A stretch of 44,506 nucleotides of DNA from an uncultured Bacilli bacterium (GTDB lineage Bacteria; Bacillota_I; Bacilli_A; RF39; UBA660), in NCBI GenBank assembly GCA_944358145.1, contig CALVQO010000002.1:1-44506 (forward strand), written 5' to 3'. Shown piece by piece: positions 17,967 through 27,239 of the stretch. The position numbers and the translations under genes are program-made. Below the pieces are notes generated by a model that did no database searches, had not been told where the DNA came from, and worked only from the letters and a program-made list of their open reading frames with translations. How positions within the stretch are numbered: position 1 is the first letter of the stretch; every line of letters starts with the position of its first letter.

Positions 17967-19403
17967 ATGAAAAGTTTAATTGGAAATAAATGGTGTGATT
18001 CATCTGATGGCAAGGTTATAGAAGTATATAACCCTGCCACGAATGAATTAATTGATACAGTACCAAGCCTAACGAAAGAAGATGTAGAAGCTGCTATAGA
18101 TTATGCGGATGCGCATCAAAAGGATTGGGAAGCAAAATCAGTAATTGAAAGATGTGAAGTATTATCAAGATTTGCTGAGTTAGTAGAAGAAAACAAAGAT
18201 GAACTAGCAATGCTTCTTTCTAAAGAAACTGGTAAACCAATTAAAGAAGCTTATAATGAAATAGCAAACATTCAAATTGGAGTACCAGGATATGTGGAAA
18301 AAGTAAAACATGAATATGGAAATATTGTCTATCGTGGAACAGAGAAGGGGCAAGAAAATACCATTCAATATACGATTCAACAACCTCTAGGAGTAGTTGT
18401 AGCAATTATTCCATTCAATTTCCCAAGTGATATTTTTATCAATAAAGTACCACCTGCATTATTAATGGGAAATGCGGTAATCTTAAAACCTGCTAGTGTA
18501 AACCCACTCACTCTTACAAGATACGTTGAATTACTTGTTGAAGCAGGAGTTCCAGCAGGAGTAATTTCCGTAGTACATGGAAGTGGTTCTGTAGTTGGAA
18601 AAACACTTACTAGTAGCAAGAAAGTAGACATGGTGAGCCTTACTGGTTCTACTGCTGCTGGAATTGATGCAGCTAAAAATTGTGCAGAACATTGTGCTCA
18701 TAGTTCTCTAGAACTTGGAGGAAATGATGCCTTCATCCTTTGTGCAGATGGTGATATGGACCTAGCTATTGAAGAAACCGTTTGGGGAAGACTTTATAAT
18801 ACTGGTCAAGTATGTTGTGCTTCAAAAAGATTCTTAGTGGAAAATTCTGTTAAAGATGAATACATCAGAAGAATGGTTGAAAAGATTAATTCTTTAAAAC
18901 AAGGAGATCCTCAGGATATGTCAACTGACATTGGTTGCTTAGTAAGTGAGGATGCAGCTATTGAAGTAGAACGTCAAGTGCAGGAAACCATTGCTGCCGG
19001 TGCAACACTAGTTTGTGGTGGAAAACGTAATGGCGCTTTCTATGAGCCAACCATATTAGATAATGTAACTCCTGATATGGAAGTAGCAAAAGATATGGAA
19101 ATCTTTGGACCAGTAATTCCAGTAATCGGCTTTGATGACCTTGATGAAGCAATTGAAATTGCCAATAAATCAATTTATGGTTTGTCTGGTTCGATTATTA
19201 CCAAAGATATTAGTAAAGCAATTAAAGTTAGCGAGAAAATGGAATGTGGTGGATTTGTCATCAATGGTGCATCATTCTTCCGTTCATTCGAGCAACCATT
19301 TGGTGGATGGAAATATTCTGGAATTGGTAATGAAGGAATTATGACAACACTAAAAGAAATGTCTAGAACCAAAACAGTAATCTTAAAAAATATAACAAAA
19401 TAA
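17967..19403 (+). CDS. NAD(P)-dependent aldehyde dehydrogenase
   Basis: ELGGND catalytic-Glu motif, GQVCCASKR catalytic-Cys motif, and FNFP / GSGSVVG cofactor motifs. 478 aa. Confidence 0.9.
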   Translation: MKSLIGNKWCDSSDGKVIEVYNPATNELIDTVPSLTKEDVEAAIDYADAHQKDWEAKSVIERCEVLSRFAELVEENKDELAMLLSKETGKPIKEAYNEIANIQIGVPGYVEKVKHEYGNIVYRGTEKGQENTIQYTIQQPLGVVVAIIPFNFPSDIFINKVPPALLMGNAVILKPASVNPLTLTRYVELLVEAGVPAGVISVVHGSGSVVGKTLTSSKKVDMVSLTGSTAAGIDAAKNCAEHCAHSSLELGGNDAFILCADGDMDLAIEETVWGRLYNTGQVCCASKRFLVENSVKDEYIRRMVEKINSLKQGDPQDMSTDIGCLVSEDAAIEVERQVQETIAAGATLVCGGKRNGAFYEPTILDNVTPDMEVAKDMEIFGPVIPVIGFDDLDEAIEIANKSIYGLSGSIITKDISKAIKVSEKMECGGFVINGASFFRSFEQPFGGWKYSGIGNEGIMTTLKEMSRTKTVILKNITK

Positions 19404-19415
19404 AGGAGGTATTCT

Positions 19416-20174
19416 ATGTTTGATTATACAGGAAGAGTAGTAGTAGTATCCGGTGCTTCTTCTGGTTTAGGCCGTCAAATGGCTTTAGGTTATGCAAAGC
19501 AAGGAGCAACTGTTGTAATAACAGCAAGACGTCTAGAAAAGCTAGAAGCTGTTGCAGATGAAATACGTGCTTTAGGTGCTGAAGCATACCCAATTAAATG
19601 CGATGTAACGGATGTTGCAAGTGTCAATGCCGCAGCTAAAGAAGTAAAAGAGAAATTTGGCAAAGTTGATGTTTTAGTAAACTGTGCTGGAAGTGCTAAA
19701 AATGCCGGAGTCTTAGATATGACAGATGAAGATTGGGATTTTACAATCAAAACCGATATGACAAGTTTGTTCTATGTAACAAGAGCATTTGCGGGATTAA
19801 TGAAAGAGCATAATTATGGACGTATCATAAATATTGCCTCTATGTATGGAATGGTTGGTAATATGGCAATGGATACAGTAGCATATCATACAAGTAAAGG
19901 TGGAGTAATTAACTTTACTCGTGCCGTTGCTGCTGAACTAGCCAAATATGGTATTACATGTAATGCAATATGCCCAGGGTATTTTGATACCGAGCTTACT
20001 CATGAAACGCTGATTACCGATTCATTTACAGCATATATGAAAGCAACCGTTCCTCTTGGAAGATATGGTAAAGAAGGCGAGCTAAATGCTGCTGCCATAT
20101 TCTTAGGAAGTGAAGAAGCAAGCTATGTCACAGGAGTAATCCTACCAGTTGATGGTGGATACACCTGCGTCTAA
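19416..20174 (+). CDS. Short-chain dehydrogenase/reductase (classical SDR)
   Basis: VVSGASSGLG (TGxxxGxG), NCAG, the catalytic YHTSK (YxxxK), and PGYFDT. Confidence 0.9.
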   Translation: MFDYTGRVVVVSGASSGLGRQMALGYAKQGATVVITARRLEKLEAVADEIRALGAEAYPIKCDVTDVASVNAAAKEVKEKFGKVDVLVNCAGSAKNAGVLDMTDEDWDFTIKTDMTSLFYVTRAFAGLMKEHNYGRIINIASMYGMVGNMAMDTVAYHTSKGGVINFTRAVAAELAKYGITCNAICPGYFDTELTHETLITDSFTAYMKATVPLGRYGKEGELNAAAIFLGSEEASYVTGVILPVDGGYTCV

Positions 20175-20180
20175 TAAAAG

Positions 20181-20209
20181 ATCTACTAGGAAACTAGTGG
20201 ATTTTTTTG
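20181..20209 (+). terminator. Strong rho-independent terminator of the FIST/ALDH/SDR operon
   Basis: ATCTACTAG (20181-20189) pairs with CTAGTGGAT (20194-20202), with one G-U pair. The loop is GAAA, followed by T7. Confidence 0.8.
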
Positions 20210-20330
20210 CTTAAAAATATGTAAAATATTGTAAAAAGTGGTAAATAAAAAAGGAAATAAGAATTGTGCTAGTAATAAATAATAGTAAGGAGTGTAAGTA
20301 TTATAATTTTATTTGATGGGAGGTTTTGTA

Positions 20331-21241
20331 GTGAAAAATGAAATTATAATTTTTGAAAACCAAAATGTTAAATTAGAAGTTAACATGAAAGATGAAACCG
20401 TTTGGTTGACGCAAGCACAGATGGCAGAATTATTTGGCAAGGATAGGAGAACCATAACAAGACATATTCAAAATATTTATGAAGATGGAGAACTTGAGCA
20501 AAACCAAGTATGCTCGTTTTTTGAGCATACTGCTAATGATGGCAAAATATATAATACTCAATATTACAACCTAGATATGATTATATCAGTGGGTTATCGT
20601 GTTAAATCCTAAAATGGTATAACTTTTAGAAGATGGGCAAATAAAATATTAAAAGATTACTTAATTAAAGGGTATGCGGTAAATGAGAAAAGGTTAGAAT
20701 ACTTAGAAAAAACAGTAAAACTAATTGATATCGCAAGCCGTAATCTAGAAGGATTAGATACTGTAGTAGCAAGTGATATCATAAAAGTATTACAAAGATA
20801 CACAAAATCACTAGATTTATTAGATGATTATGATTATAAAACATTAACAAAACCAAATGGAAATATCAGTAATAAGAAGATAACATATAAAAACTGTATA
20901 GATATTATCAAGCTTTAAAATTTCATGAAAAAAGTGATATTTTTGCTGTGGAAAGAGATAAAGGGTTAGAAAGTATTATTAACAATATTTACCAAACTTT
21001 TGATGGCAAAGATGTATATGAAAGTGTAAAAGAAAAAGCTGCCAACTTTTTATATACTTGTGTGAAAAATCACGTATTCATTGATGGTAATAAAAGAATC
21101 GCGGCAACACTCTTCATTTATTTCTTGCAATTTTATAATATTTTATATGTAAGTGATAGAACGATCATTGATAATAATACAGAATCAAACCCCAAAGAAA
21201 AAGAGATCCTAGTCGATCTAATTATGAATTTTCTAACTTAA
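20331..21241 (+). pseudogene. RhuM/Fic-DOC family protein, inactivated by an in-frame stop plus a frameshift
   Basis: GTG 20331 follows a GGGAGG RBS. RhuM-like ...VWLTQAQMAELF...VGYRVKS is cut by TAA at 20610-20612, and the same frame continues NGITFRRWANKILKDYLIKGYAVNEKRLE.... A frame change near 20909-20917 leads into ...ALKFHEKSDIFAVERDKGLE... and the Fic-type HVFIDGNKRIAATLF. Confidence 0.75.
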
Positions 21242-21263
21242 ATTTAATAGAATAGGAGAAAAC

Positions 21264-22281
21264 ATGGTTGAAAATAAAGAAGAATATTTTGAATTATTAA
21301 AGGATATTAAAAATACTTTATTAATAACAAGAAATAAAATAGTAGAAAATGCCAATAAAGAATTAATTTTGATGTATTATCGTATTGGCTTAAAATTGCT
21401 TGAAAATAATAAGTGGGGTTCATCTTTTATAGATACATTAGCTAAAGATTTAAAAATAGCATTTCCAAATTTAAAGGGAATGTCCGCTCGCAATTTAAGA
21501 TATATGCAAAAGTTTGCCAAAGAATTTGATAATGATGAATTTTTGCAAGGAGTCCTTGCAAAATTATCATGGAATCATAATCAAACATTATTAGATAGAG
21601 TGAAAGATAAAACCAAACGAAAATGGTATGCTACAGAGACAATAAACAATAACTGGTCCGTTTCTATACTTACTCATCAAATTGAAACGAAACTATATGA
21701 AAGACAGGCTTTACTTGAAAATAAGACTACCAATTTTGATACAACATTACCATCACCTTATAAGGAACAAACAAAATATTTACTAAAAGATCCTTACATA
21801 TTTGATTTTATAAATACAAACACTAATTTAAAAGAAATAGATATAGAACAAGAGTTAATCAGTAATATATCCAAATTATTATTGGAATTAGGAAATGGTT
21901 TTGCGTTTATAGGCAGACAATATCATTTAGAAATCGAAGAAGAAGACTACTACATTGACTTGTTATTTTTTGCTAGTTAGAAGTTATGTAGTAATAGAAT
22001 TAAAAACGACGGAATTTAGGCCAGAATATATAGGTAAACTTAACTTCTATTTAAGTGCAATAGATAAATATGTTAAGAAAGATAATGATAATCCTACTTT
22101 TGGTATTTTGCTTTGTAAAAATAAAAAGAAAGTAACAGTTGATTTAGCCCTAAAAGATATAAATAAGCCAATTGGAGTTAGCGAATATAAGATTTTATCA
22201 GAAATACCAGAGTATTTAACAAATACATTGCCAAGCCTAGAAGATATTGAAAAAAGATTAGAAGAAACGATAAAAAATTAA
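21264..22281 (+). pseudogene. Second YhcG/DUF1016-type PD-(D/E)xK nuclease, frameshifted
   Basis: ORFs 21264-21980 and 21955-22281 overlap in different frames. The break lies in the nuclease core (...LELGNGFAFIGRQYHLEI...YYIDLLFF / LVRSYVVIELK) at the T6 run 21966-21971. T5 would restore a single ORF. Confidence 0.75.
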
Positions 22282-22342
22282 TGGAAACATCTTTTTAAAA
22301 GCGCTAGAGCTGTGGTATAATTGAAATAACAAGAGGTACATT

Positions 22343-22990
22343 ATGAAAAAATTAGACATTATCTATGAAGACAAAAATATATTAGTTGTAAATAAACCTT
22401 CTAAAATGCTAACCATTAGCGATGGCACAGAGGCTAAAACTTTATATGAGATGGCTCGAGAGTATGTTAAGAAAAAACATAAATCCAATAAAATATTTAT
22501 TGTTCATAGACTTGATAAAGATACATCAGGAGTTTTATTATTTGCTAAAACAGAAGAGACAAAAAGAAAACTTCAAAATAGCTGGAATGATATAGCCAAA
22601 AGAGAATACATTGCTATTTTGGAAGGTAATTTAAAAGAGGATAAAGGCATTATTAAAAATTATTTGTTAGAAGATAAAACCCATAAAGTATATGTATCCA
22701 AGGATAAAAAAGGAGAATACGCAGAAACACACTATGAAGTACTAAATAGAACAAATAAAAATACCATTGTAAGAATATGGATTAAAACAGGAAAGAAAAA
22801 TCAAATTAGAGTTGCTTTTGCTTCTTTAAATCATCCAATTATTGGGGATAAAAAATATGGAAGCAGAACAAACCCAATTAAAAGATTAGGGCTTCATGCT
22901 TATAAGTTAAAAATTACAATTGAGAATCAACAATATGAGTTTGAATCAAAGTTACCCGATAGCTTTACATCATATTGTAAAAAAGAGTGA
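22343..22990 (+). CDS. RluA-family pseudouridine synthase
   Basis: The HRLDKDTSGVLLFAK catalytic-Asp motif and ...GKKNQIRV.... It lacks an S4 domain and ends in TGA. Confidence 0.85.
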   Translation: MKKLDIIYEDKNILVVNKPSKMLTISDGTEAKTLYEMAREYVKKKHKSNKIFIVHRLDKDTSGVLLFAKTEETKRKLQNSWNDIAKREYIAILEGNLKEDKGIIKNYLLEDKTHKVYVSKDKKGEYAETHYEVLNRTNKNTIVRIWIKTGKKNQIRVAFASLNHPIIGDKKYGSRTNPIKRLGLHAYKLKITIENQQYEFESKLPDSFTSYCKKE

Positions 22991-23039
22991 AGTTGAATTA
23001 AAAATATAGTAAAATATTATTGATAGTGAGGGAGGATTT

Positions 23040-23939
23040 ATGTTAAAAGTAGAAAATGTAACAAAATATTATGGTAATGTCTTAGCAGTTGATAACCTAT
23101 CATTTACGATCAATGATGGTGAAATCTTTGGGCTTTTAGGTGTCAATGGTGCAGGTAAGACGACAACGTTTAGAATGATTATGAGCTTACTTGAACCTAC
23201 CAAAGGAAAAATCACTTTGAATGGTAAGCCAGTTGGTTATGATGTAAGTGAACACATTGGTTTTCTAACGGAAGAAAGAAGTTTACTTACTAAGCTCACC
23301 GTTAAAGAGCAAGTAGTCTATTATGCCACCTTAAAAGGAATGAAAGAGGAGGACATTCTAAAAAAATTAGATTATTGGTTAGATCGTTTTGGTGTAAGTG
23401 ATTATAAAGAACGAAAAATCAAAGAGTTATCAAAAGGTAATCAACAAAAGATTCAATTTATTACAGCGATTATCCATGAACCAGATTTATTAGTTTTAGA
23501 TGAACCATTTACCGGATTAGATCCAATTAATGTAGAATTATTTATGGATGTAATAAGAGAATTTAAAGAAAAAGGAAAAATGATTATTTTTTCTTCTCAT
23601 AGAATGGAACATGTTGAGTTATTTTGTGAAAAACTAGTAATTCTTTTAAAAGGCAAAACAGTTTTAAGTGGATCTTTAAAAGAAATTAAAAAGAACTACC
23701 GTAAGAAAGTAATTCGGATTAATGGTGATGTAGATTTAGATGCCTTAAAAAAATGTCAAGGTGTAATTGAGGTTGAAAAAGAAAATTTAGATATTATTGT
23801 CAAAATTGAAAGTGATGAATATGTAGATGATGTATTCAAAATAGTAAAAAAGGGTAGTGAAATAACTAAATTTTTAGTAGAAGATGCATCTTTAAATGAA
23901 ATATTTGTGAGTTTGGTTGGTGTTGCATATGAAAAATAA
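23040..23939 (+). CDS. ABC transporter ATP-binding protein (NatA-like, ABC-2 exporter)
   Basis: Walker A GVNGAGKTT, signature LSKGNQQK, Walker B LLVLDEP, and an H-loop SSHRM. Confidence 0.9.
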   Translation: MLKVENVTKYYGNVLAVDNLSFTINDGEIFGLLGVNGAGKTTTFRMIMSLLEPTKGKITLNGKPVGYDVSEHIGFLTEERSLLTKLTVKEQVVYYATLKGMKEEDILKKLDYWLDRFGVSDYKERKIKELSKGNQQKIQFITAIIHEPDLLVLDEPFTGLDPINVELFMDVIREFKEKGKMIIFSSHRMEHVELFCEKLVILLKGKTVLSGSLKEIKKNYRKKVIRINGDVDLDALKKCQGVIEVEKENLDIIVKIESDEYVDDVFKIVKKGSEITKFLVEDASLNEIFVSLVGVAYEK

Positions 23940-25227
23940 ATTTAAATATTTAGTAAAGTATAGCCTAAAAAAGAAAATTGATACCAAATGGTTTAAAATA
24001 GTAAATGTTTTATTATTAGTATTATTAGTTTTTTTAGTAAATATGGATTATTTAATCAATTTATTTGGTGGAGATTTTGAAGAAAAAGAAAAAATCTATG
24101 TTGTAGATAATGTAGGAAGTTTTGATACATTCTCCACTTATTTTAATGCTCTAGCTGCTGAAATGGGGAGTGAAGAGTATGAAATAATACTAGACGAGGA
24201 TATATTAAATGATGAAGCTGCTATTGATGATGAAGTAGTAATAGTATTAAACCCATCTACTACTGAATATTTATCAGGAGAAATCGTATCATTTGATGCT
24301 GTATCACGAACCACATATGAAATGATCGTAAGTTCCCTAAATGCAGTAAAAAGCGAATTAGTATTAGCAACCAGTGGCTTAACACCCGAAGAAATTGCGG
24401 CTTTATCAAGTCCAGTTGAAATAACAGAAAGAGTATTAAATGAAGAAGCTCAAAATAATGAAACCAAAGAAAATGTAGGAGCTATCGTAACAACTGTCTT
24501 AATTGTACCATTCTTTATTTTAATAGTAACTATGGTCCAAATGTTAGGTGCTGAAATTAATGATGAAAAGACAAGTAGGGGAATGGAAATAATTATTTCA
24601 AGTGTTCCAGCCAAGATACATTTTATTTCCAAAGTTGTAGCAGCGATATCTTATGTTTTAATTCAAGGAATATTATTATTAATTTATTCAGGAATAGCAA
24701 TGCTTTTAAGAAATATTTTAGCAAGTACTAGTGCTGCTCCTGCCTCTAGTGGTATGTTTAGTGAAGTAATCACTATGTTAAGCGATGCAGGAATATTTAG
24801 TTTGTTAGCTAAAGGAAGTATTGTTTTAATTATCTTATTTATTGTTAGTTTTATTGCCTATGCGATTACAGCAGCAATACTTGCTAGTATGACAACAAAT
24901 ATTGAAGATTTCCAACAACTACAAACTCCACTAATGATCATTATGTTAGTAGGATATTATGTAGCTTTAATGGCAGTCATGTTTGATGGATCTGTATTCA
25001 TTCAAATCCTTGGTTTTATTCCACTATTATCAGTAATGATAGCACCAACCCTCAATTTAATAGGGGAAATGAGTTTACTATCACTTGCTTTATCTACACT
25101 TCTAACGGTAGTAGTAACTTACTTCTTATATAAATATGGACTTAGAATTTACAAAGTGGGAATATTAAATTATTCATCAAGTAAACTTTGGAGAAAGATG
25201 TTTAAATCATTAGGTAATAAAGAATAA
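23929..25227 (+). CDS. ABC-2 type permease (NatB-like)
   Basis: ATG 23929 overlaps the ATPase stop. It has an N-terminal TM helix, a large acidic extracytoplasmic loop, then about five TM helices. Confidence 0.75.
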   Translation: MKNKFKYLVKYSLKKKIDTKWFKIVNVLLLVLLVFLVNMDYLINLFGGDFEEKEKIYVVDNVGSFDTFSTYFNALAAEMGSEEYEIILDEDILNDEAAIDDEVVIVLNPSTTEYLSGEIVSFDAVSRTTYEMIVSSLNAVKSELVLATSGLTPEEIAALSSPVEITERVLNEEAQNNETKENVGAIVTTVLIVPFFILIVTMVQMLGAEINDEKTSRGMEIIISSVPAKIHFISKVVAAISYVLIQGILLLIYSGIAMLLRNILASTSAAPASSGMFSEVITMLSDAGIFSLLAKGSIVLIILFIVSFIAYAITAAILASMTTNIEDFQQLQTPLMIIMLVGYYVALMAVMFDGSVFIQILGFIPLLSVMIAPTLNLIGEMSLLSLALSTLLTVVVTYFLYKYGLRIYKVGILNYSSSKLWRKMFKSLGNKE

Positions 25228-25252
25228 AGACGACTTATAAAGAGCCGTCTTT
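25226..25252. terminator. Bidirectional terminator between the ABC permease and the CotF-like gene
   Basis: AAAGACG (25226-25232) pairs with CGTCTTT (25246-25252). T-rich sequence follows. Confidence 0.6.
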
Positions 25253-25500
25253 TAATTTTTCTTTTTTAATTTTTTTAGTGTATCTTGAATAGCTTTCGTA
25301 CTTACATTACTTACTGTGTACCAACCACATTCCGTCATTTTTTGATACAAATTATGTTGAAGTTTAAGTGTTTCTTCTAGTCCATAATGTAATGTTTCAT
25401 GAACTTGTTTATTAGATGCTTCCAGCGTTCCATGGACATAGACTTCCATATTACTTTTAAGTAACAATAAAACATTTTCCATAAGTAATTGATCATTCAT
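25252..25500 (-). CDS. Spore coat protein, CotF-like (Coat_F domain)
   Basis: MNDQLLMENVLLLLKSNMEVYVHGTLEASN..VHETL...L......L...M...GWY matches the Coat_F pattern. Confidence 0.7.
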   Translation of the reverse strand: MNDQLLMENVLLLLKSNMEVYVHGTLEASNKQVHETLHYGLEETLKLQHNLYQKMTECGWYTVSNVSTKAIQDTLKKLKKKN

Positions 25501-25685
25501 TTTATTTCACTCTCCAGTAAATTCATAAGTTTTGTCTCAATAGCTTGATGTTTTTTTAATTCATTCTTCATAAAAGTTTTCAAATTTTTATCTTGAAGCA
25601 AGTTAATGGTTTCTAAAACTATTGCTCCAACATTTTGTTCATGACCTATTGCATCTTCCACATATAACAATTCTTTTTGTGTCAT
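25497..25685 (-). CDS. Small helical protein partnered with the CotF-like gene
   Basis: A 62-aa ORF with RBS GGAGGT. It overlaps the CotF-like start by 4 nt (ATGA). It begins ...ELLYVEDAIGHEQN.... Confidence 0.55.
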   Translation of the reverse strand: MTQKELLYVEDAIGHEQNVGAIVLETINLLQDKNLKTFMKNELKKHQAIETKLMNLLESEIK

Positions 25686-25730
25686 AATATACCTCCATTA
25701 GTAGTATGAACCAATATAAAGTAATTTAAA

Positions 25731-25756
25731 CAAAAAATAAGAGGGGAAACTCTTAT
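25731..25756 (-). terminator. Terminator of the PMM/PGM gene
   Basis: On the minus strand, ATAAGAG/CTCTTAT (25737-25743 / 25750-25756) overlaps the stop codon and is followed by a U6 tract (plus-strand A-run 25732-25737). Confidence 0.6.
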
Positions 25757-27108
25757 TTATTATAAGTATTAACTAAATTAGTAAAAATTGTTTGTAAATT
25801 TTGAAGTCCAGCCTCATCAGTAGCTTCACATCTCATGGTGATATTAGGACCAGTATTACTAGCTCTAACTAAAGCCCATCCAGTCTTAAAATTAGCCCGA
25901 ACTCCATCAATAGTATTTAAAGACCATTTTTGAGTTTCACAAAATTCCTTAATCATGCGAATTACTTCAAACTTCTGATTATCAGGACTAGGGAATTTAA
26001 TTTCTGGTGTACTATAATATTTTGGTACATCAGAAAGTAATTCACTTAAACTTTTATTCGTCTTACTAAGAATTTCAAGTAATCTAAGCCCAGCATAAAT
26101 ACCACTACCAACATCGCTTATCTTATCACGGAAATAAAAATGTCCTGAATATTCTCCTCCAAAAGGCATATTATCTTCTTTAACTTTAGCTTGGGTATAA
26201 CTAGCCCCAGTTCGATAACAAACAGGAGTACCACCTAATTTTTTTATTTCATCTTCCAAAGCTTTAGAACACTTAACATCATAAAGGAAAGTCTTATTTT
26301 TTACTTTATTAATCATATCTCGAATAATTAAAATCATATAATGATCACTTGGAACAACTTGCCCTAATTCATTAACAATACCAAGTCTATCTCCATCCCC
26401 ATCAAAAGCAAGACCAACATCAGCTTTTTTAGCAATAACAGTTTTCTTAAGTGTCTCAAGATTAGCTTCTACATTAGGATCAGGATGATGATTAGGGAAA
26501 TTACCATCACTTTCTTCAAATAAAATTTCAAATTCTACATTAACTTTTTCAAATATTTTTCTGGCAACAATAGAAGTAGTACCATTTCCTAAATCCAAAA
26601 TAACTCTTCTTTTTCTTCTGCCAAATTCTACACCATAACGCAAATATTCTACATATTTATCAGTAATATTACCACTAGAAACAGTACCATTACCAGATAA
26701 AAACTGTCCAGCAAAAGTATATTTCTTAAAATCTTCAATCATTTCACCTCTAGCATTAGCTAACATATCAAAAGAAAATTTAAAACCATTATCATCCTTA
26801 GGATTATGACTAGCAGTAATCATAATACCAAACAAATTATGAATAAACCTAGCATAATAATGCATTGGTGTTGTAGTAAGTGCATAATTATAAACATTTA
26901 GGCCACTATCCGTAATTCCTTTAATGAGATAAGCTGCTAAAGCAGGAGAAGATACACGATTATCATAAGAAACAATACAAGTTGTTTGATTAAGTTTTTC
27001 TCTTAAATAGCTACCATAACTTCTTCCAATAGTATAAGCAACAGTTTCATTAATTTCTGTTGGATAAATACCACGAATATCATATTCTCTAAATATATTT
27101 GGATTCAT
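25753..27108 (-). CDS. Phosphomannomutase/phosphoglucomutase (alpha-D-phosphohexomutase)
   Basis: MNPNIFREYDIRGIY..., active-site TASHNPKDDNG, Mg site FDGDGDRLG, and GGEYSGH. ATG 27108 with an AGAGG RBS is preferred over the track start at 27180. Confidence 0.85.
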   Translation of the reverse strand: MNPNIFREYDIRGIYPTEINETVAYTIGRSYGSYLREKLNQTTCIVSYDNRVSSPALAAYLIKGITDSGLNVYNYALTTTPMHYYARFIHNLFGIMITASHNPKDDNGFKFSFDMLANARGEMIEDFKKYTFAGQFLSGNGTVSSGNITDKYVEYLRYGVEFGRRKRRVILDLGNGTTSIVARKIFEKVNVEFEILFEESDGNFPNHHPDPNVEANLETLKKTVIAKKADVGLAFDGDGDRLGIVNELGQVVPSDHYMILIIRDMINKVKNKTFLYDVKCSKALEDEIKKLGGTPVCYRTGASYTQAKVKEDNMPFGGEYSGHFYFRDKISDVGSGIYAGLRLLEILSKTNKSLSELLSDVPKYYSTPEIKFPSPDNQKFEVIRMIKEFCETQKWSLNTIDGVRANFKTGWALVRASNTGPNITMRCEATDEAGLQNLQTIFTNLVNTYNK

Positions 27109-27239
27109 ATATAACCTCTTTCTACTCTCAATAATGATATCATAAAAAAGTAGATAATTCAAGTTGCTTATCCCCATCATCTATGTTATAATTGTATAGA
27201 ATTATAAATATTTTTTGGTTTGAAAGTAGGGATACTAGA

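Noticed and set aside
16993-19750. Seven ORFs of 62-86 aa from the track overlapping or antisense to the FIST, ALDH and SDR genes (16993-17211, 17386-17574, 18377-18631, 18958-19173, 19132-19344, 19175-19372, 19490-19750)
   Set aside because: All are nested within strongly supported genes carrying catalytic motifs. The richer G+C content of this block reduces stop-codon density in other frames. None has an RBS.
20948-21241. Track ORF 20948-21241 as an independent small Fic/DOC gene
   Set aside because: Its frame is open upstream to 20891 and encodes sequence (ALKFHEKSDIFAV...) continuous with the RhuM/Fic family architecture. It is treated as the 3' part of one pseudogene.
22988-22990. Alternative genetic code (TGA as Trp, Mollicutes-like), suggested by the very low G+C content
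   Set aside because: TGA terminates the RluA-family ORF at the expected protein length. All long genes are intact under the standard bacterial code.
25686-25730. Sigma-E/K-type promoter upstream of the CotF-like operon (GGTTCATACTACTA on the minus strand)
   Set aside because: The -10-like CATACTAC does not fit CATAnnnTA or CATACAnT well. No correctly spaced -35 element was found.
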